Positions 24,521-38,700 of a DNA stretch of 64,000 bases are shown one piece after another. The notes under the pieces are model-generated. The model was given only the letters and a program-made list of their open reading frames with translations, ran no database searches and had not been told where the DNA came from. Source of the stretch: Lama glama (lineage: Eukaryota); NCBI GenBank assembly GCA_028534125.1, contig CM052818.1:17486001-17550000 (forward strand), written 5' to 3'. Position numbers and translations under genes: made by a program. Position 1 is the stretch's first letter. Each line of letters begins with the position of its first letter.

Positions 24521-27478
24521 TCTTCTCAGATACCATCTTCTCAAGTATACCTTCTACCATGTGTGTGCCAGATGGTGTTGAGCAAGACAGACATCCCAGT
24601 CTCTTAGCTGTTTTACACATAGAATACTGATGAAGGGAGAAATCTATGGTGAGAGTATCAGGGAAGTCATGGAAAAGAATGAAAGTATCTGGGGAGTAAA
24701 GCTAAGGGAAATTCTTTTTACTAGGCTCATGTCTACTTGATGCTCCTTGGGAACTGCTTAAAAGTCCCTCTCCATCAGGCCAGACTTTTATTAAAATCGC
24801 TCTTTTCTCCAAAGAGTTTTTCTTTTGCTTCTTATCTTCTCTGACCTTTATTACACCTAGAGAAAAATGTGACAGTGTTTTGCTACTATTTAAGACTTAG
24901 GGACTATTTCTGATAGATTCAAAGTCAAATTCGTGTAAAGACTTTCATATTTTATTTACTTCCTCAACATCCTACAGCATGGTCACGAGACTTCCCGGTC
25001 TTTGCTGTCTTCCAGCTCTTGGGTTTCCTGAGAGATAAGCGATAAGAAGTATAGTAAGGTATCAGAAGCCATATTAAAACAATAACGCATTTCCAGTTCT
25101 CTGCTGTACCCTGATAATGACACAAAAGAAGGTAAATCTTAGAAAGTTCAACTCTGAGTTACTCAAATAGCTAGGCTGAAGTACATTTGAAATCAAAATA
25201 TTTTTCACAAACTTGTTTCAAGTGACAAAAACATCCCACACCTTTTCAAGCAGGATTTTTAAAAAAATTTATATCATTGATGACTTTTTTTTTCTTTTTT
25301 TCTTTTTTAAACTAGAGCGGTGTTTGGTACAGAGGTGAAATGAGTCTTAAAGAATGTGTTTTTATTTTTATATTTTTCCTTTACCTTGCTCTTTTAAGAT
25401 TCCGCCACATCTTAGTTCAGATGTTGTTATCGTCCTATGTTCAGTTGATAGGCTCTGATTCACATTATCCTCCCAGTGGATGGAGGGACCAAGAGTGACT
25501 AGGGAACTGCAAAGCCGAGCTATTAAATTTATATTTACTGCTAATCATTTCAACTTCTGGCAGACAGCCTAATTGCAAGCACAAAGAGGATGCTCATGAG
25601 AATCATGGTCATATAACTTGCCCAGTGACTTTCAGTAAGATACATGGTATGTGAAAGCTCTTGGCTTATTGAGAGAGTAAATATTATTGCAGCTTGAGTT
25701 TCCCTGTGCTGTTTCTAACTCAGGATTTATTAAATATAATTTAATGAAATATATAATTTAAAGAGATGAGGCAAAATGTGATGAGTAGCTTCTCATCCTG
25801 TCTTTTTGGGGTGGGCACCAATGCATAAGCTCCTTAAAAGACCAAAAACTAATCTAGGGCTTTTTCTATTCATAGTTTCCATTAATGTTAATGGCTTTTT
25901 CTGGGCATAGTTCCTATTAATGTTAATGAGATGCCTTCTTGAAGAAAAGAAGAGAAAGAAAAGAAAACTGATCTCCATTTGCTTCAAGTACTTTCTGATG
26001 TAGGCTGAGAATGGATGTTTAGTAATAAAATACACTGCTCCAAAGACAGGGAATTCTTCACTTCCTATTTGTTTCCATTATGTCTCCGTTTTTAGAAAGT
26101 TGTATTTTCTGGAAATCTATAGAAAATACAACTGTTTCAGCTGGATCAGCACTTCCAATTGTGTCTTCACCCAAAGATTTCCCACATTTAATATATTACA
26201 AGACAGTTTTCTTTTGTCTGCAGAATTACACCTGTAGCTACTGCTTAAACAGGGCATATGTTTTAAGTGAGGGAGCAATACTTAACTATGAAGGAAGGTG
26301 AATTGTAGTCAGGAAAAAAAGACAAGAGAGTTGTTTTTCTTGACGTTTAGTCAAGGTCAATCGAACATCGGCGTAGAAAAAGCAATGTTGTAATATGTGC
26401 TGTATGCTCAGTACATCAATTGTATTAAAATTGTGTGCTGAAAAGGGCATATGGTTAAGATCCTGCCTAGTGGCAGCATCTTAATAGTCAGTCTAGGGGC
26501 CAAAATGGATGAAATACATCTTTATTTTGAAGACTGTAATTTTCCTTTCTTTGCTGTTGTTCTGTTTCTTTGTTCTGTTCCTATGGTCTCTAGAATAAAA
26601 CAGCATATTTCCTAATGTAGTAAACGGGTCACTCAGAAGTACCTCATAAAGCTACCTTTTGTTAAAAAAGTCTTAGTTAGGTTATATCATAGAAAAATGC
26701 AGCAAAATGATAAAGCATTTGAACTTCTTCAAATTGTCGCTTCCCAAAAATATTCAGGTTCTATCATATCACCCTGGCGTGAGCGTGGACACATGTGTAT
26801 GTGCGCTGAACTCTGTGGGCATTTTCGTCTTCTTTTCTTTAATTTTCTTTATTGCTAATTTCCATCCCATCTGCAAGTTGGTATTCATGTCCCTGGATCA
26901 GCATACAAATGAGAATTTCATTAACTTTAAAGATTAACTGTAGCCAAAAATATGAATGTGAAAGCCAGAATCTTAGTTAATATGTTTTATGGAAAAAGAC
27001 ATGATTTTTCCTTGCTCTCTTGTCACTGGGTTGGCCTAGTTTCATCTGTCTTTTCAGTTTCTGGCTCAGTCTGAAAAAAATTTCTTGAAAGAGAAATAGC
27101 TTGATCCCTGTTATCCCCAGGATTTCATATTCTATCAGCCCCTCTCTTTCTGGTGCAAGGCCAGAAGTCTAATCTTACATGCTTAAAGGCACACGGGAAA
27201 GAAAATTCTGGAAATAGACATCTGTGCCACTAGGAGTTTTGAATGAAAAAGGAAGATAATGTAGATTTTATTCAAGTATGCTAATTTTACATTCAAATGC
27301 TACTACTAAAATTGAGGACTGCTGAGACTCAACCCTGTGATTTGATGGTTAATGTTGCTGCCACATTTTCAATAAATCAACTATTGATTATAGCACTATT
27401 ACAGTCACGTACTGTGCTGAGTGTTCAGAAGAATACAAAGGAGTAGAGACAGTTCCAAAATAGGAATGTTATATTAAC

Positions 27479-27502
27479 GTGTGTGTGTGTGTGTGTGTGT
27501 GT
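27479..27502. repeat. (GT)12 microsatellite
   Basis: Read directly. Confidence 0.95.
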
Positions 27503-27764
27503 ATGGAACAACAGTGAAGGACTTCTGAATATTGCTGAAGACAATAAATGTTTGATTAATATACAATGCATTCGGAATCAATGATTGAATAAACTCGAAA
27601 GGGCTAAAGAACTTCTACATGGTGAGGTCAATGCAAGAGATTATGAAGGGGTCTTTGAGGAGTGTCTTAAAGGCCAAAATTGTCGTGGTGGAAGGAAAAT
27701 ATTTATCTCAAACATTTTAAGTTAAATTTGGTATGTATTTACCCAGGAAACAATTTAAAGTAAT

Positions 27765-28030
27765 GATACGTATGATTCCATGTATAAGACATTCAAGAAA
27801 AGGCAAAACTATAGGAATGATTGCCAAAGACTGTGTTGGAGGAGGGGTTTTCCATAACGGTACAATAGCACCTTGGGGGCTGGTGGTTTTTTTTTTTTCT
27901 TTTTCTTTTTAATATCTAGGTTGCCATGGTGGTTACATAACTGTATGCATTTGTCCCTACTCACTAAGAGGTTTACCAAGGATAAACTTTCCTATATGGA
28001 AATTGTGTCTCAGTAAACCTGTTGTTAAAG
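27765..28030 (+). mobile_element. Old L1M (L1MB/ME-like) 3' end
   Basis: tatgattccatgtataagacattcaagaaaaggcaaaactatag...ggtggttacataactgtatgcatttgtc...tgtgtctcagtaaacctg. Confidence 0.7.
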
Positions 28031-28569
28031 ACAATAAAATTCTGAAATTCATTCTTTGCTGTGCTAGGCACTGTGGATATAAGAAAGAATGCCTGCCTTA
28101 AAAGAGCCTAATCTAATTTGTTAAGTTAATCAGAATTAATGTGCATGGATATTGTAGGAAAGGGCAGGAGCAATAAATGGAGATTTAGGCATGCTGAGTT
28201 CTCTTGCTCCTCTCCCGGGTGAATCACTTAACCTGTGTCTGTCTGTCTTTTAATCCAGTTAAGTAGTAAGATTGACCAATAGATGAATTCTGAGACCACT
28301 TTCAGTTATAAACATTTTAAGGTCCTATTATTTTGGTCTAGTTTCATGTGTTAACAATGAGAAGTAGGCTTTCTTGAGAAGTTATCTAAAATCTATACTG
28401 AAGTATCATAACTTGTATTAAATATGATGTTCAGAGTTCCAGATAATATAAGCACGAAATAACTTTGAAATTCAACTCTAAATTTCAGTTGCCTGTCTAA
28501 GACAAGTTCTGACCACCAGGAGTATAGAATTTAGTTAGAGAAATAATACATCCAATATATTTATTAAGG

Positions 28570-29740
28570 CCAATCGTGACTATCAGTGTCAATCTTTAGT
28601 CCATCCTCATGGTAGACCAGCAGCATTTTACATGGCTGATAATTTCCTCCTCTGTCAAACCGTTGTTTACTTGCTTTCCAGAACCACATACTTTTCTCTG
28701 ATTGCTTTTTCACAGTTTCTTTTCCTAGTCCCTCCTCATCTCCCTAATCTTGAGTTATTAGAGACCTTTTAAGCTCTTTTCTTTTATATTTATACACTCT
28801 CCCCTGAAAGCTTCATTTTTTTCTCGTGACTTGAAACACTATCTATGTGATAGTGATACTTCCGAATTTTATCTCAATTCTAGACTCTTATCCTCAAACT
28901 TACTACCCAAACTTATAAAATTTTAGTTGTCTGAAATAAATCTGATCTTCCTCTCAAAAATATACTCCTTCTACAATATTATCCATCTCAAAGGGTGGGA
29001 GTCCATACTTCCTGTTGCTTTTTCCAAAAAACTTGAAGTCATCTTGAGTTCTTCCGTTATCCCACACATCACATCCAGTCTATCGGCAAATCTTGTTGAC
29101 TCCACCTTACTATAATTTGATAATTAAAATGTAATTGGAATTTAATCATTGCACATTATTTCAATAGCCTGATAATTGTTCTCTGTACTTCAGTCTATTC
29201 CCAAAGAAACTGAGAATGATTTTTTTAAACTTTATATCAATTATGTAAATTGTCTGTTTAAAATCCTCTGTATCACCACTATTCATATCACCCAGAATAA
29301 AATTCAAAATTCTTCCACTAACTGTAACTTTCTATATGATCTTGTGATCCCCTGCCAACAGCCTCCCCCCAAACACACACACACAAACATACTTATCTCT
29401 TAATTTCTTACTCTGTACACACTGGCCTCCCCAGACTTGACTTGCTTGTTTCCCTTACAGACCCTTTGTATGTGATGTTTCCTTTGCCCAGAACACTTTT
29501 TCTCCCAGACATGCACATGGGACTTTATCTGACCCCCTTTGGTCTTTAGAAGGTCTTTTTAGTGAGGCCTTCTTTTGCAAGTATGTTTCTCACTGCCACC
29601 CACTCACACTTTCTTTTCTCCTTTCTTGTACTATTTTCTTACCGTATTGCAAACTGTGTATGTCATGCATTTATCCAAGTTATTTTCTGTTTCCCCATTC
29701 TAGAATGCAGGCTAGAGGAGGGCAGAGGTTTTTGTCTCTT
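28570..29740 (+). mobile_element. L2 LINE 3' region (degraded, about 1.2 kb)
   Basis: Collinear L2 hallmarks: ccaaaaaacttgaagtcatcttgagttc, cacatccagtctatcggcaaatcttgttgactccacctt, cacactggcctcc, gtttcctttgcccagaacac, ctagaatgcaggctagaggagggcagag. Confidence 0.75.
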
Positions 29741-30814
29741 TCCCACCCCCCACCCCACGTTTGGAAAGGAAAGTCTGCTTTCCCAAGAACATATGTTGAT
29801 GGATGCCATCCCTGGAAACTAGAAATGAATCTTTGCCTTAACAAGTATTGTGGAACACACCCAGAACAAGCAATCTGCTGCGAGTGGTTTCTATGCACAC
29901 TTCCTCCCTTTGAGCAGGTCATGTCAGATGAGATTAAGATGCCTTCACCACAGCCAGACACAAAGAACAAAGCCCCATGTTTTGTGAAAATAGCAAATGA
30001 GGAAGGAATTACAGTTCACGTGGGTGATTTCTTTAGGGTAGGACCCTGGAAAGAGAACTTCTTGCCCTTCTGCTTGAGCTAATTAGCGTAGTCAAGTGTC
30101 CAGCCTTGCTGCAGACCTCATTAATACGACTCCTCAGGGAGGGAATTTTCCCTGGAAAAATTAGCCTTGTCTCTCCAAGAGTGCGCTGGGAAGACTTCCT
30201 CCAGCCTCTGGCGAGGATCTGAGCTTCTCCATTATCACATCTGGCAACAGAAGAGAGAGTACTTTGATTCATCATCACATTCAGATAAGTGAAGAAAGAA
30301 GCTTCTCAACAAGTGTGAATAGATTTTGGTAAACAAATAGGATTTCTTTTGAAAGGAGATTTACACAGAAAGTGTGTCTCCTCTACCTAGTGCAGCGTGG
30401 CTGTCTAGACTTGAGGACTGCCTTCAGCTGTGTTCAGCATATGTTATCACAAAGAGATTTTATGAAAATTCAGGGACTAGACCACTTCCTCACCAAAGAT
30501 TTCTGAGGAGGTTCTGCAAAGAAAATAGCCTTTGCAGGCTTTGTTCATCTACATAAGTGCTTCTGCGTTCCTGTTGTGGTTTGTTTCCTTTATCCCCTAA
30601 ATAACACATAGCTTTATTGACCTCTGGCAGTCTTTAGCAAAGGTCTAGTTTTTGTGGTTTTCTTTAGATTTATTTTAAGTACATCAATGATTCAATCTCA
30701 CCTAGCCTTAGTAACGCCCTAGGATGTTTTCAGACCAAAGGAGCTATAGTCTAGATGCCTCAGTTTTGCAACTTAACTTTATACTCATCTGGATAAGAAG
30801 CTTTTATTATGAGA

Positions 30815-31040
30815 AGTTCAGTGTAGTGTCCAAGATACTTTGAAACAAAACAAAGAAAATTTCAATCCAAGTTCTACCACTGACTAGCTGTATGATCTTT
30901 GTTAAATTTTCTGTGACTTAATTTCATCATCTGTAACTTGGGTATTATTACACTATCTATTGAGAGTTATTGGGAGGATTAAATGAGGTAAGTATACTAT
31001 TTAAAACAGTGTCTCTCATACTGTAAGTGCTTAATGTTAA
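30815..31040 (+). mobile_element. MIR SINE
   Basis: ttcaatccaagttctaccactgactagctgtatgatctttg...tttcatcatctgtaacttggg...gggaggattaaatgagg...aacagtgtctctcatactgtaagtgcttaa. Confidence 0.78.
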
Positions 31041-32697
31041 AGCCTGTTATGATTAACACAAAGTTCAAGTGTCAGCAATTAATCGGAGTCACAGTGGACC
31101 TTATGAAATGATCAGTAGCTTACCCAAAATTCCCATAAAATGTTTTAACGGAAGTAAAGGTTTTGTGGCATCAGCGATTACTACAGTGATGATAGAATTA
31201 AGTGAAAGTTTTCGATTAGCAGTATGTCGAAGGACTAGTTTTTCATAACTTACACAGAATCTGTGTTACAATAAATTCCAAACAGAGGACAATATTTAAG
31301 GAAAATAGAAACTATGTATTATTATCAAATTAATCCATTCAATGGCTTTATTAATTTGCCTACTTTTAATGAAACATATTTTCATGTTTAGACAACAGCC
31401 AAAGACTTTGGAAAGGGATGTCTGTACTTCCGCGTTACAGCGCGGAGAGCACGTACCTTCCCTTTACAGCCAAGCACCCACATACAAAAGTTATTATTTT
31501 GAAAAAGTTTTGAGGATAAATTGAATTTGTTTATCCCCTAAAACTAACGTGGTTCCTAGGCCTATTTCCTACCCTTAGCCAAAATACATATGTGTATGTG
31601 TATGTATACTTGATGTGCGTGCGTGTGTGGGTATTTGAGTTGTTGAACATTTTCCAGAGTGTCTTATTCATATTTTACAAAGATGTATATAGTGATGCGT
31701 ATGTTTTAACCTTGAGATTTTATTATTTTGCCCTACCTCATATATATTTTGTTTGAAAGCACTCGACAAATCAGAATATACTGAGGTTACATTTAAGTGA
31801 GGAACAGAGAAGGTGAGAAAGATTTCAAGTATAATATTAAACTGCCTTTTTGTATGCTCCTTATTATTGGCATCTTGATCAACAATACAGCAGGAATCTA
31901 TTAGCGGATTCTCCAAGGAGAACGTGTGCTAGAGGCAGAAGAACTAGCTGGGTGCACATGTTAAATGTGTAACAGGCCCCATCTTTCACTGAACCAAAAA
32001 TGTTTCTAAAAACCTCATGAAAGTGCCTTTTTGTAATACTTATGAGAACTGTATATTTCATAGCATTCTTCTTGAATGCCAGTGGAAAAGATAAAAACAG
32101 CAAAAACTGAAATCCACAAATGACTCACGTAAAGATAGGAAAGTGACACTCAAACAGATTGGTTTGGTGGCAATTGCCAGATAGGTATGCAACCAAGAAC
32201 ACTTTCTCTATATATCCATGCATTTTAGTTCCTCTTGCCTTGCTGCTGAATTAAGATTTTGAAACAAAATCTTCGGTGCTGGGATTACACTCTTTTACTA
32301 CAATTCCCATTCAACCTGGAAGAGACACTTTCTACATTTTACATTCAAATGATAGATTTTTTTTTAAAAAACGAAACTCCTCTTTCAACCTTTCTGTGTT
32401 TGTGATAAGGTTTTGCATCTCCCTAATCCCAGCCACAGGCTTTACACGTGACAAAGCAAGCTCAGATAAAAGACAAGGGGAAACTTGCAGTTTCTTTGGG
32501 GACTTTTCGGGAGGATTTACATTTATACTTAATTGTGACTTCTGCTTATAGTTCTCAAGTAAAAGAAGGCCCTAAGGTATTTACCTTAGGGAATGTGTTT
32601 AGCAGGAAAAGTATCCCAGAAAAAAATCAATGGATTTTGATTTTTTATTCTTTTCTTTAAAAAAACTTTTTTTAACACACCTAGTCTTCCAAAATCT

Positions 32698-32719
32698 GAT
32701 GATGATGATGATGATGATG
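32698..32719. repeat. (GAT)7 microsatellite
   Basis: Read directly. Confidence 0.9.
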
Positions 32720-33599
32720 TTTAGCAATTCTGACAAAGCGTAACCTAGAGATGAGAAGAGACAGTGGCTACTTCTGGCTAAAGTTCTCATATTCTAATTT
32801 TCAAATTAATATGAGGAAATATTCTAACTTGGATCCGGTGAGCAGCGTGAAGCTCTCAGTGACAGAGACATGAGGCATGTGTTCTAAGCCTACTGGCAAA
32901 TATAAATCTAAAGCTTATTAGAAAGACTGCAAGACCAGCTAATAAATGACAGATTAGCATACAGGTATTTTGCATATTGAGATGCACAAAGTCCTATGCC
33001 AAACATGAATTAACCTGGCTTTAAATGGGGTAATGCAGACGTATGCACAAAGAAATCCTTCCCACTGCTGAATTAAGATGTATGCCAGACTTACGTTTGA
33101 CAAAAGATTTGACTGATGCCTGACCTAGATTACATCGTGGTCCATTTGACAGCCAATGGAAGTGAAATTTGACTGTCTGACTGATTCAGTAACCACCAAG
33201 TCCATTGGGACCCCTGGTTTCTTAAGACCAGTAGCTCAGCAGTTCACTACTATGGTTTCTAAAAAGAGTTATGGAATCTGCTTTCGAATTTAAAGAAAAC
33301 AAAATCAAACACAGAATCACACTCTGTTTTTGTTGAGCTACTTTCCAAAGCTAGAGAAAAGAACATTTTAATTTAGAAAAAATACCATCATTGCAATTTT
33401 TTTCCAGCTGAAAAATTCACCAGTGTCATAGTCAAAGTTCTATTCCAGTTTTTGTCTAAAAAATATTTAATATGCTCCACCTGTATCTCTCCTACAGGAG
33501 AGGAGAAAAAATCCTGCATCAATTTACATTCATATCATTTAAAAGATTTCTTTAACAGCTTAATCCTCTGCATCAAGCTGCCCTATGCATTTTATCTTG

Positions 33600-33762
33600 C
33601 TATTCAAGATGCAGTCTGCAGACTGGGAGTATCAGCATAACCTGGGAGCTTGTGAGGAGTTTACAGTCCTAGGGCTCACCCCAGATCTGGTGAGGTACAA
33701 TCTCCTATTGAACAGGATCCTGTTTGATTCACAGGTACATCAAAGTCTGAGAATCCTTGCCC
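33600..33762. mobile_element. MER5A-like hAT-Charlie MITE
   Basis: cagactgggagtatcagcataacctgggagcttgt...gggctcaccccagatct...aacaggatcc...tgattcacaggtacatcaaagtctgagaatccttgcc. Confidence 0.75.
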
Positions 33763-36589
33763 GACAGTCTTCTTTTCCTGTGTTCTCATTCAGGGACACA
33801 TTCTATTCACATAACATGGTGACCTACTTTTTCATTTTCCTGTAAGTACCTTTACTTCAGGTTCATTTGCTAAACCACAGTCACCTTTTTTGGAAGGTGA
33901 CTGGTCCACTTCAGTTTCCATCATAGAAAAAAAGAACACCAAGGTCTTTATTTAATTTCTTCCCAGCATAGACATGTAACAACGGTCCTGCCAATACTGT
34001 ACAATCTAGACAATATAAAATATAAATTTTGTAGCAATAGAGACCGTGGGCAAATTCTAATCTTTTTCACACTAGGACTGCTGGCAAGTGTATCTAATAT
34101 ATTTTTGTCAGGTTCTTGTCGAGATTTACAGGTGATTTTTTAAAAATTTTTTTTTAATGACAGCCAGAGGCATTATGACTTGGGTCACTGAATCTAGAAG
34201 TACTCAGTGAAACCCTTCTGGTGGCTGTGTGAAGGCAGTCACACTGGTCTGTTGCCTATAACGCTATCTAAAGCAGATTGTTCTTTTTTGAGCCACCTAG
34301 CAAGAAAACATTTTTGGAGGAAGGTTTTGTCATTTAATACTTGCTCCTATAATCCATCTTGATTTTAGTATTTGTTTATTCTATGTTACATGCCTTATTA
34401 AAAATGTATTTTCAAACACTGCCTTCTGGCTCTCAGACTCGAATGCATGCTGCACACAAATGGCTGTTTTACGTCTTCATAGTTTATGCCTGAATGAAAA
34501 TTATGGGTGGCAGAGCAGGACGGAAAGTATTCCTCTTTGCCCTCTTTATTGTCCACTCCCCTTATCTCTGGGTTAAAGGATTTTCATGGGAACCCCTGAT
34601 AATTGTGATTCAAAGGTGCTGTCATTGTGCCAGGCACTTTGGGGATTTTGCTGACTGAAGGGAACTACATAAATTAAACGAGTGTTTATTATTTTATGGT
34701 CTTCAGCTTTCAATGTGAAAGCAGCAGCAGGATGAGCTGAAAATGTTTCAGGGTGTATCTGCTTTCAGTTCTTACTTTCGTGTCCAAACAAGATTCTGAT
34801 AACAACAATCACAACCAAACATTCTGAAAAATGTCTACTTCTTCCTTTCCTCCCAGGCTTTTCCTGCGCACATACATTAAACATACATGCACACACATCC
34901 ACAGGCAGTTTTCTTTTATTTTTGTGACTCATTTCAGAAAATCACGGAAATGGTTAGCTCCCGTTGGCATCCCGCCCCATTCCCTCCTCACCGTTAGATG
35001 CCGGAAAGGTGCAGGCATGTGTAAGTCCTTTTTAGTGAGAAAAGAACAGCACCAAGTCAGAAATATTGAGGGAAAGCCAGCCCTAGCCAATGGCATTCGA
35101 TACAGTCCTGTATTTGAGAAAAGGCTGCCACATTCACACCACAAAATGGTTTAAATTGTTGTTAACTCAATTTGCCTGAAAATATTTAGAAACGGCAGTG
35201 TCAAGGAGGTTGGTTGGAGGAGGAGGATTGTTCCTGTTCCCCAGGAAAGGAGATGCAGGGAAGAAGCAGAAGTTTTCCTTGCTTTTAAGTCCTCGTATCT
35301 GTAGATGCTCAGTTGCTCTGCTGTCTGATATGCATTCTAGTGCCCTATTGTGAGAATCCCTTTGAGTGCACTTTTTCAGTAGTGACCTAACCCCATCCCA
35401 GTTGCCAGATAGCTTGGAAAATGCTTTCCAGGTCTAAGCTTGAACTTTCCTGTTTAAATGAACTTTTTTTTTTTTGTCATTGTCCATTTTTTCTGTTTTC
35501 TATCTTCTTCCCCAAATACAGACAAAGACTTTCATTGATAATTGGTTGTATTGCTTACTGCTGACTTAACACTTTCGGTTGTGTCTCTAATTACCCTTAT
35601 GAGGTTCAGATAATAACTTCAACTTCAGTGAGTTTTCCCAGCTTCCCAAAGTCATTTATTAGAGCCAGCAACCACACGTCATAAATCCTTCGGCTAAACT
35701 TCAATTGCTGTAGTCAAGCCAGTAGAAGATCAACAAAAATTGGGTCGCTTTTTACAGTACCCTAGCAAGAGGTGCAGGCAATTATTCCTCAAGCCTGTAA
35801 TGTGTTTGCCTTGTGTTAAAAATGGTTAGTCACAGTAAAAAAAAAAAAAAAAACAAACCAAAAACAGAGGTTGAACCTTAGGAGAATTTCAAGCTCTGTC
35901 TTCAGGCACATTTGGGAAAGTTAAAAAATCAATTAGGCAAGAAATCTAACTACTGGTATTTAAAAAGATAACAAATATAATTGCTTAGCCCCAAGACTGA
36001 CCCTGTGAAAATTACTTCTTCTTAATAAGACAGACTGCTTGCAAATTAAATATAAATATACATATGCATATAATTCTGATGTAACAGGAAGGCTATTGCC
36101 TCTGTCCATATTGAACACAGACTAGTGGTTTTGAAGAATTATTAAAGAAAAACAAATGAGGTGTAAAGCTGTCATAGATGCAAAATCCTCAGAAGCAAAT
36201 CTGACTTCTCTGACCTGGTTTGCCCTTCCTGTTGCATCTGCCCACCTGATTTCCCCTTTTTCTTCAGGGCAGGTAGCATAGGGTAATGGGGAACCCAGGC
36301 TGTGCAGTCGGACAAGCCTGGATACATGTCTTACATCCCACGCTAGGTGTGAGCTGGAGAAGTAATGGACCATTGTAAGTCTCAGGTCAGAAACAAAACG
36401 GGGAGAATAATGGTGCTTCCTTTCCTGGGTGGTTGTGGGGAATCAGACCAGAGAGAGCACACGTGCCGCCCCGACCATGCCAGGATGAGAGTTAGTGCTC
36501 AGGGGACAGTAATTCCTGTTGGTATTGCCTCAGCTGGGGTGACCTCCTAGGTACCCTCAGAAAGTTCTTCACTTTTGTGACCCTGCTTT

Positions 36590-37680
36590 ATTTTTTTAAT
36601 AGACTTTATTTTTAAGATCTTTTTCAGACCTTAAATGGTTTACCATAGAATGAAATGGACAGTACAGAGATTTCCCATTTACCCTGTGCCCCTCCTTCAT
36701 GATTAATGTTCCCCCCTCCCATGGTACATTTGCTACACTTGATGAACCTGTACTGACATATCATTATCACTCAAAGTCCACACTTTACATCAGAGTTGAC
36801 CCTTGCTGTTGCACATTCTAAGAGTTTTGACAGATGTATTATGTATCCGCTATTATTATACCACACAGAGTTGTTTCACTGACTTAAAAAATCTTCTGTG
36901 TTCTGCCTAATTATCCACCCTTCCCCAGCTTCTGGCAACCACTGATCCTTTTACTGTGTCCATAACTTTGTCTTTTCCAGAATGTCCTACAGTTGGAATC
37001 ATACAGTAGGCAGGCTTTTCTGATTGGCCTCTGTCACTTAGTAGTATGCATTTGAAGTTCCTCTGTGTCCTTCCATGGCTTGATAGCTCATTTATTTTTT
37101 AGCATTGAATAATACTCCATTGTCTGGAGGTACCACAGTTCATCCGTTCACCTACTGAGGAACATCGTGGTTGCTTCGGAGTTTTGGCAATTGTGAATAA
37201 AGCTGCTGGAAACATCCATGTGCAGGTTTTTATGTGGACATAAATTTTCGGTGTATTTCATTTGATGAAATATCAAAGAGTGTGTTTGCTGGATTGCATA
37301 GTAAGAATATGCCTAGCTACCAAAGTGGCTGTACCGTTGGCATTCCCACCAGCAATGAATGAGAGTTCCTGTAGCTCCACATCCTCGCCAGGGTTGGTGT
37401 CATCAGTGTTTTGGATTTTGGCCTTAGTAATTGGGGTGGAGTGGTATCTCACTGTTGTTTTAATTTGCAACACCTTCGTGACGTAAGATTTGGAGCATCT
37501 TTGTATTTACATATTTGCCAGCTGTAAATCTTTTTTTTGGTGAGATATCTATTCAGGGCTTTGGCCTATTTTTTAATTTGGTAGTTTGTTTTCCTATTGA
37601 GGACTTTCAAGAGTTGATTATATATTTTATCACATATGTCTTTTGCAAATATTTTCTCTCAGTCTATTATGTTCTTTTTT
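36590..37680 (-). mobile_element. L1MC1-like LINE 3' end (about 1.1 kb), antisense to NRXN1
   Basis: ttttttaatagactttattt...gtacagagatttccc...ggtacatttgctacacttgatgaacct...cattatcactcaaagtcca...ctggcaaccactgatc...ccagaatgtc...gttggaatcatacag...cattcccaccagcaatgaatgagagttcctg. The minus-strand ORF 37273-37473 (MLQIKTTVRYHSTPITKAKI...) is a remnant of the L1 ORF2 C-terminus. Confidence 0.9.
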
Positions 37681-38459
37681 TTTTAACATCACTGACTTTA
37701 GAGTTCAGTTTGTGCAGGCCTTGCATTGATGTGTGAATAAATGTGTGTGTGGACCGTACCTTCAAAAATAGGGATCAGGCTCTGACTTTGTTTAGTATCT
37801 TTGTATAGTCCTTTGCATACAGAGAGATACTCCGTGATTAATTGGTCAAGTGCGTGACTAATGTCCAATGGGAGTCATTTCAGTGTAATGACACCCCCAG
37901 TTAAGGAGCTTCATACAGGGACTGAGGCAGGGCCTGATACAAAGTATGTGATCCTCCTGCTTCATTTTTAAAGATATTAAGATAGATTATAAGTGAGTAT
38001 TGAGGACAAAGAGCCACAAAAATATTCTCCTGCATTTGGACTTAAACTTTCTGAAGCCTTTTCAGAGTTAAGGGACTTACAGGTAGATCACTCATGTAGG
38101 CAGCATTGTGGTCATTGGATGATAGAACAGATGCCTCAGATAGAGATAAGTTATGGCTAGTTCTTTTTTGGTACAGATTTCAAAACTTCCATAGATTAAA
38201 AAAAATATTGTAGCAATAGTGAAAAACAGATAATAATTCATTCAAGAATATTTTGAGTTATCCCCTGTGCTGAGGCATCGTGTGGCAGTCAAAGACCAAT
38301 TTGATATATATGCACTCAAAACACTTCCAAGTCCTATAGGGCGTTAGAGTTGTGTGCATGGATAATTATAGTGCATGGTAAATAGCTATGTGCAATAAGG
38401 ATGTACAAACTCGGGACAGGAAGGGTTAATTATTGCTGGGGCAGGGAGTGGGCCATGGA

Positions 38460-38700
38460 CTCATCTAACAGACATTTATTGAGCACCTATTGAGGCTCAA
38501 GTTTTGTGTGGGAAATGGGCTGCAAGGATGAGGTGTGAAAGTCTCATGCCTTCAGAATCCTCCCAGTGCAAGAATCAGGTCCAAGCACAGTGAAGGCTTC
38601 AGGAAAGAATATCAGGGAAGACCTTTTGGAAAAGGTAGTATTTGTATTTGGCATCAAACGGGTGGTAGGATTTGGATTTTGGATTTTTGGAGATGTGAGA
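38460..38700 (-). mobile_element. L2 3' fragment
   Basis: aacagacatttattgagcacctat...atcagggaagaccttttggaaaaggtagtatttg. Confidence 0.55.
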
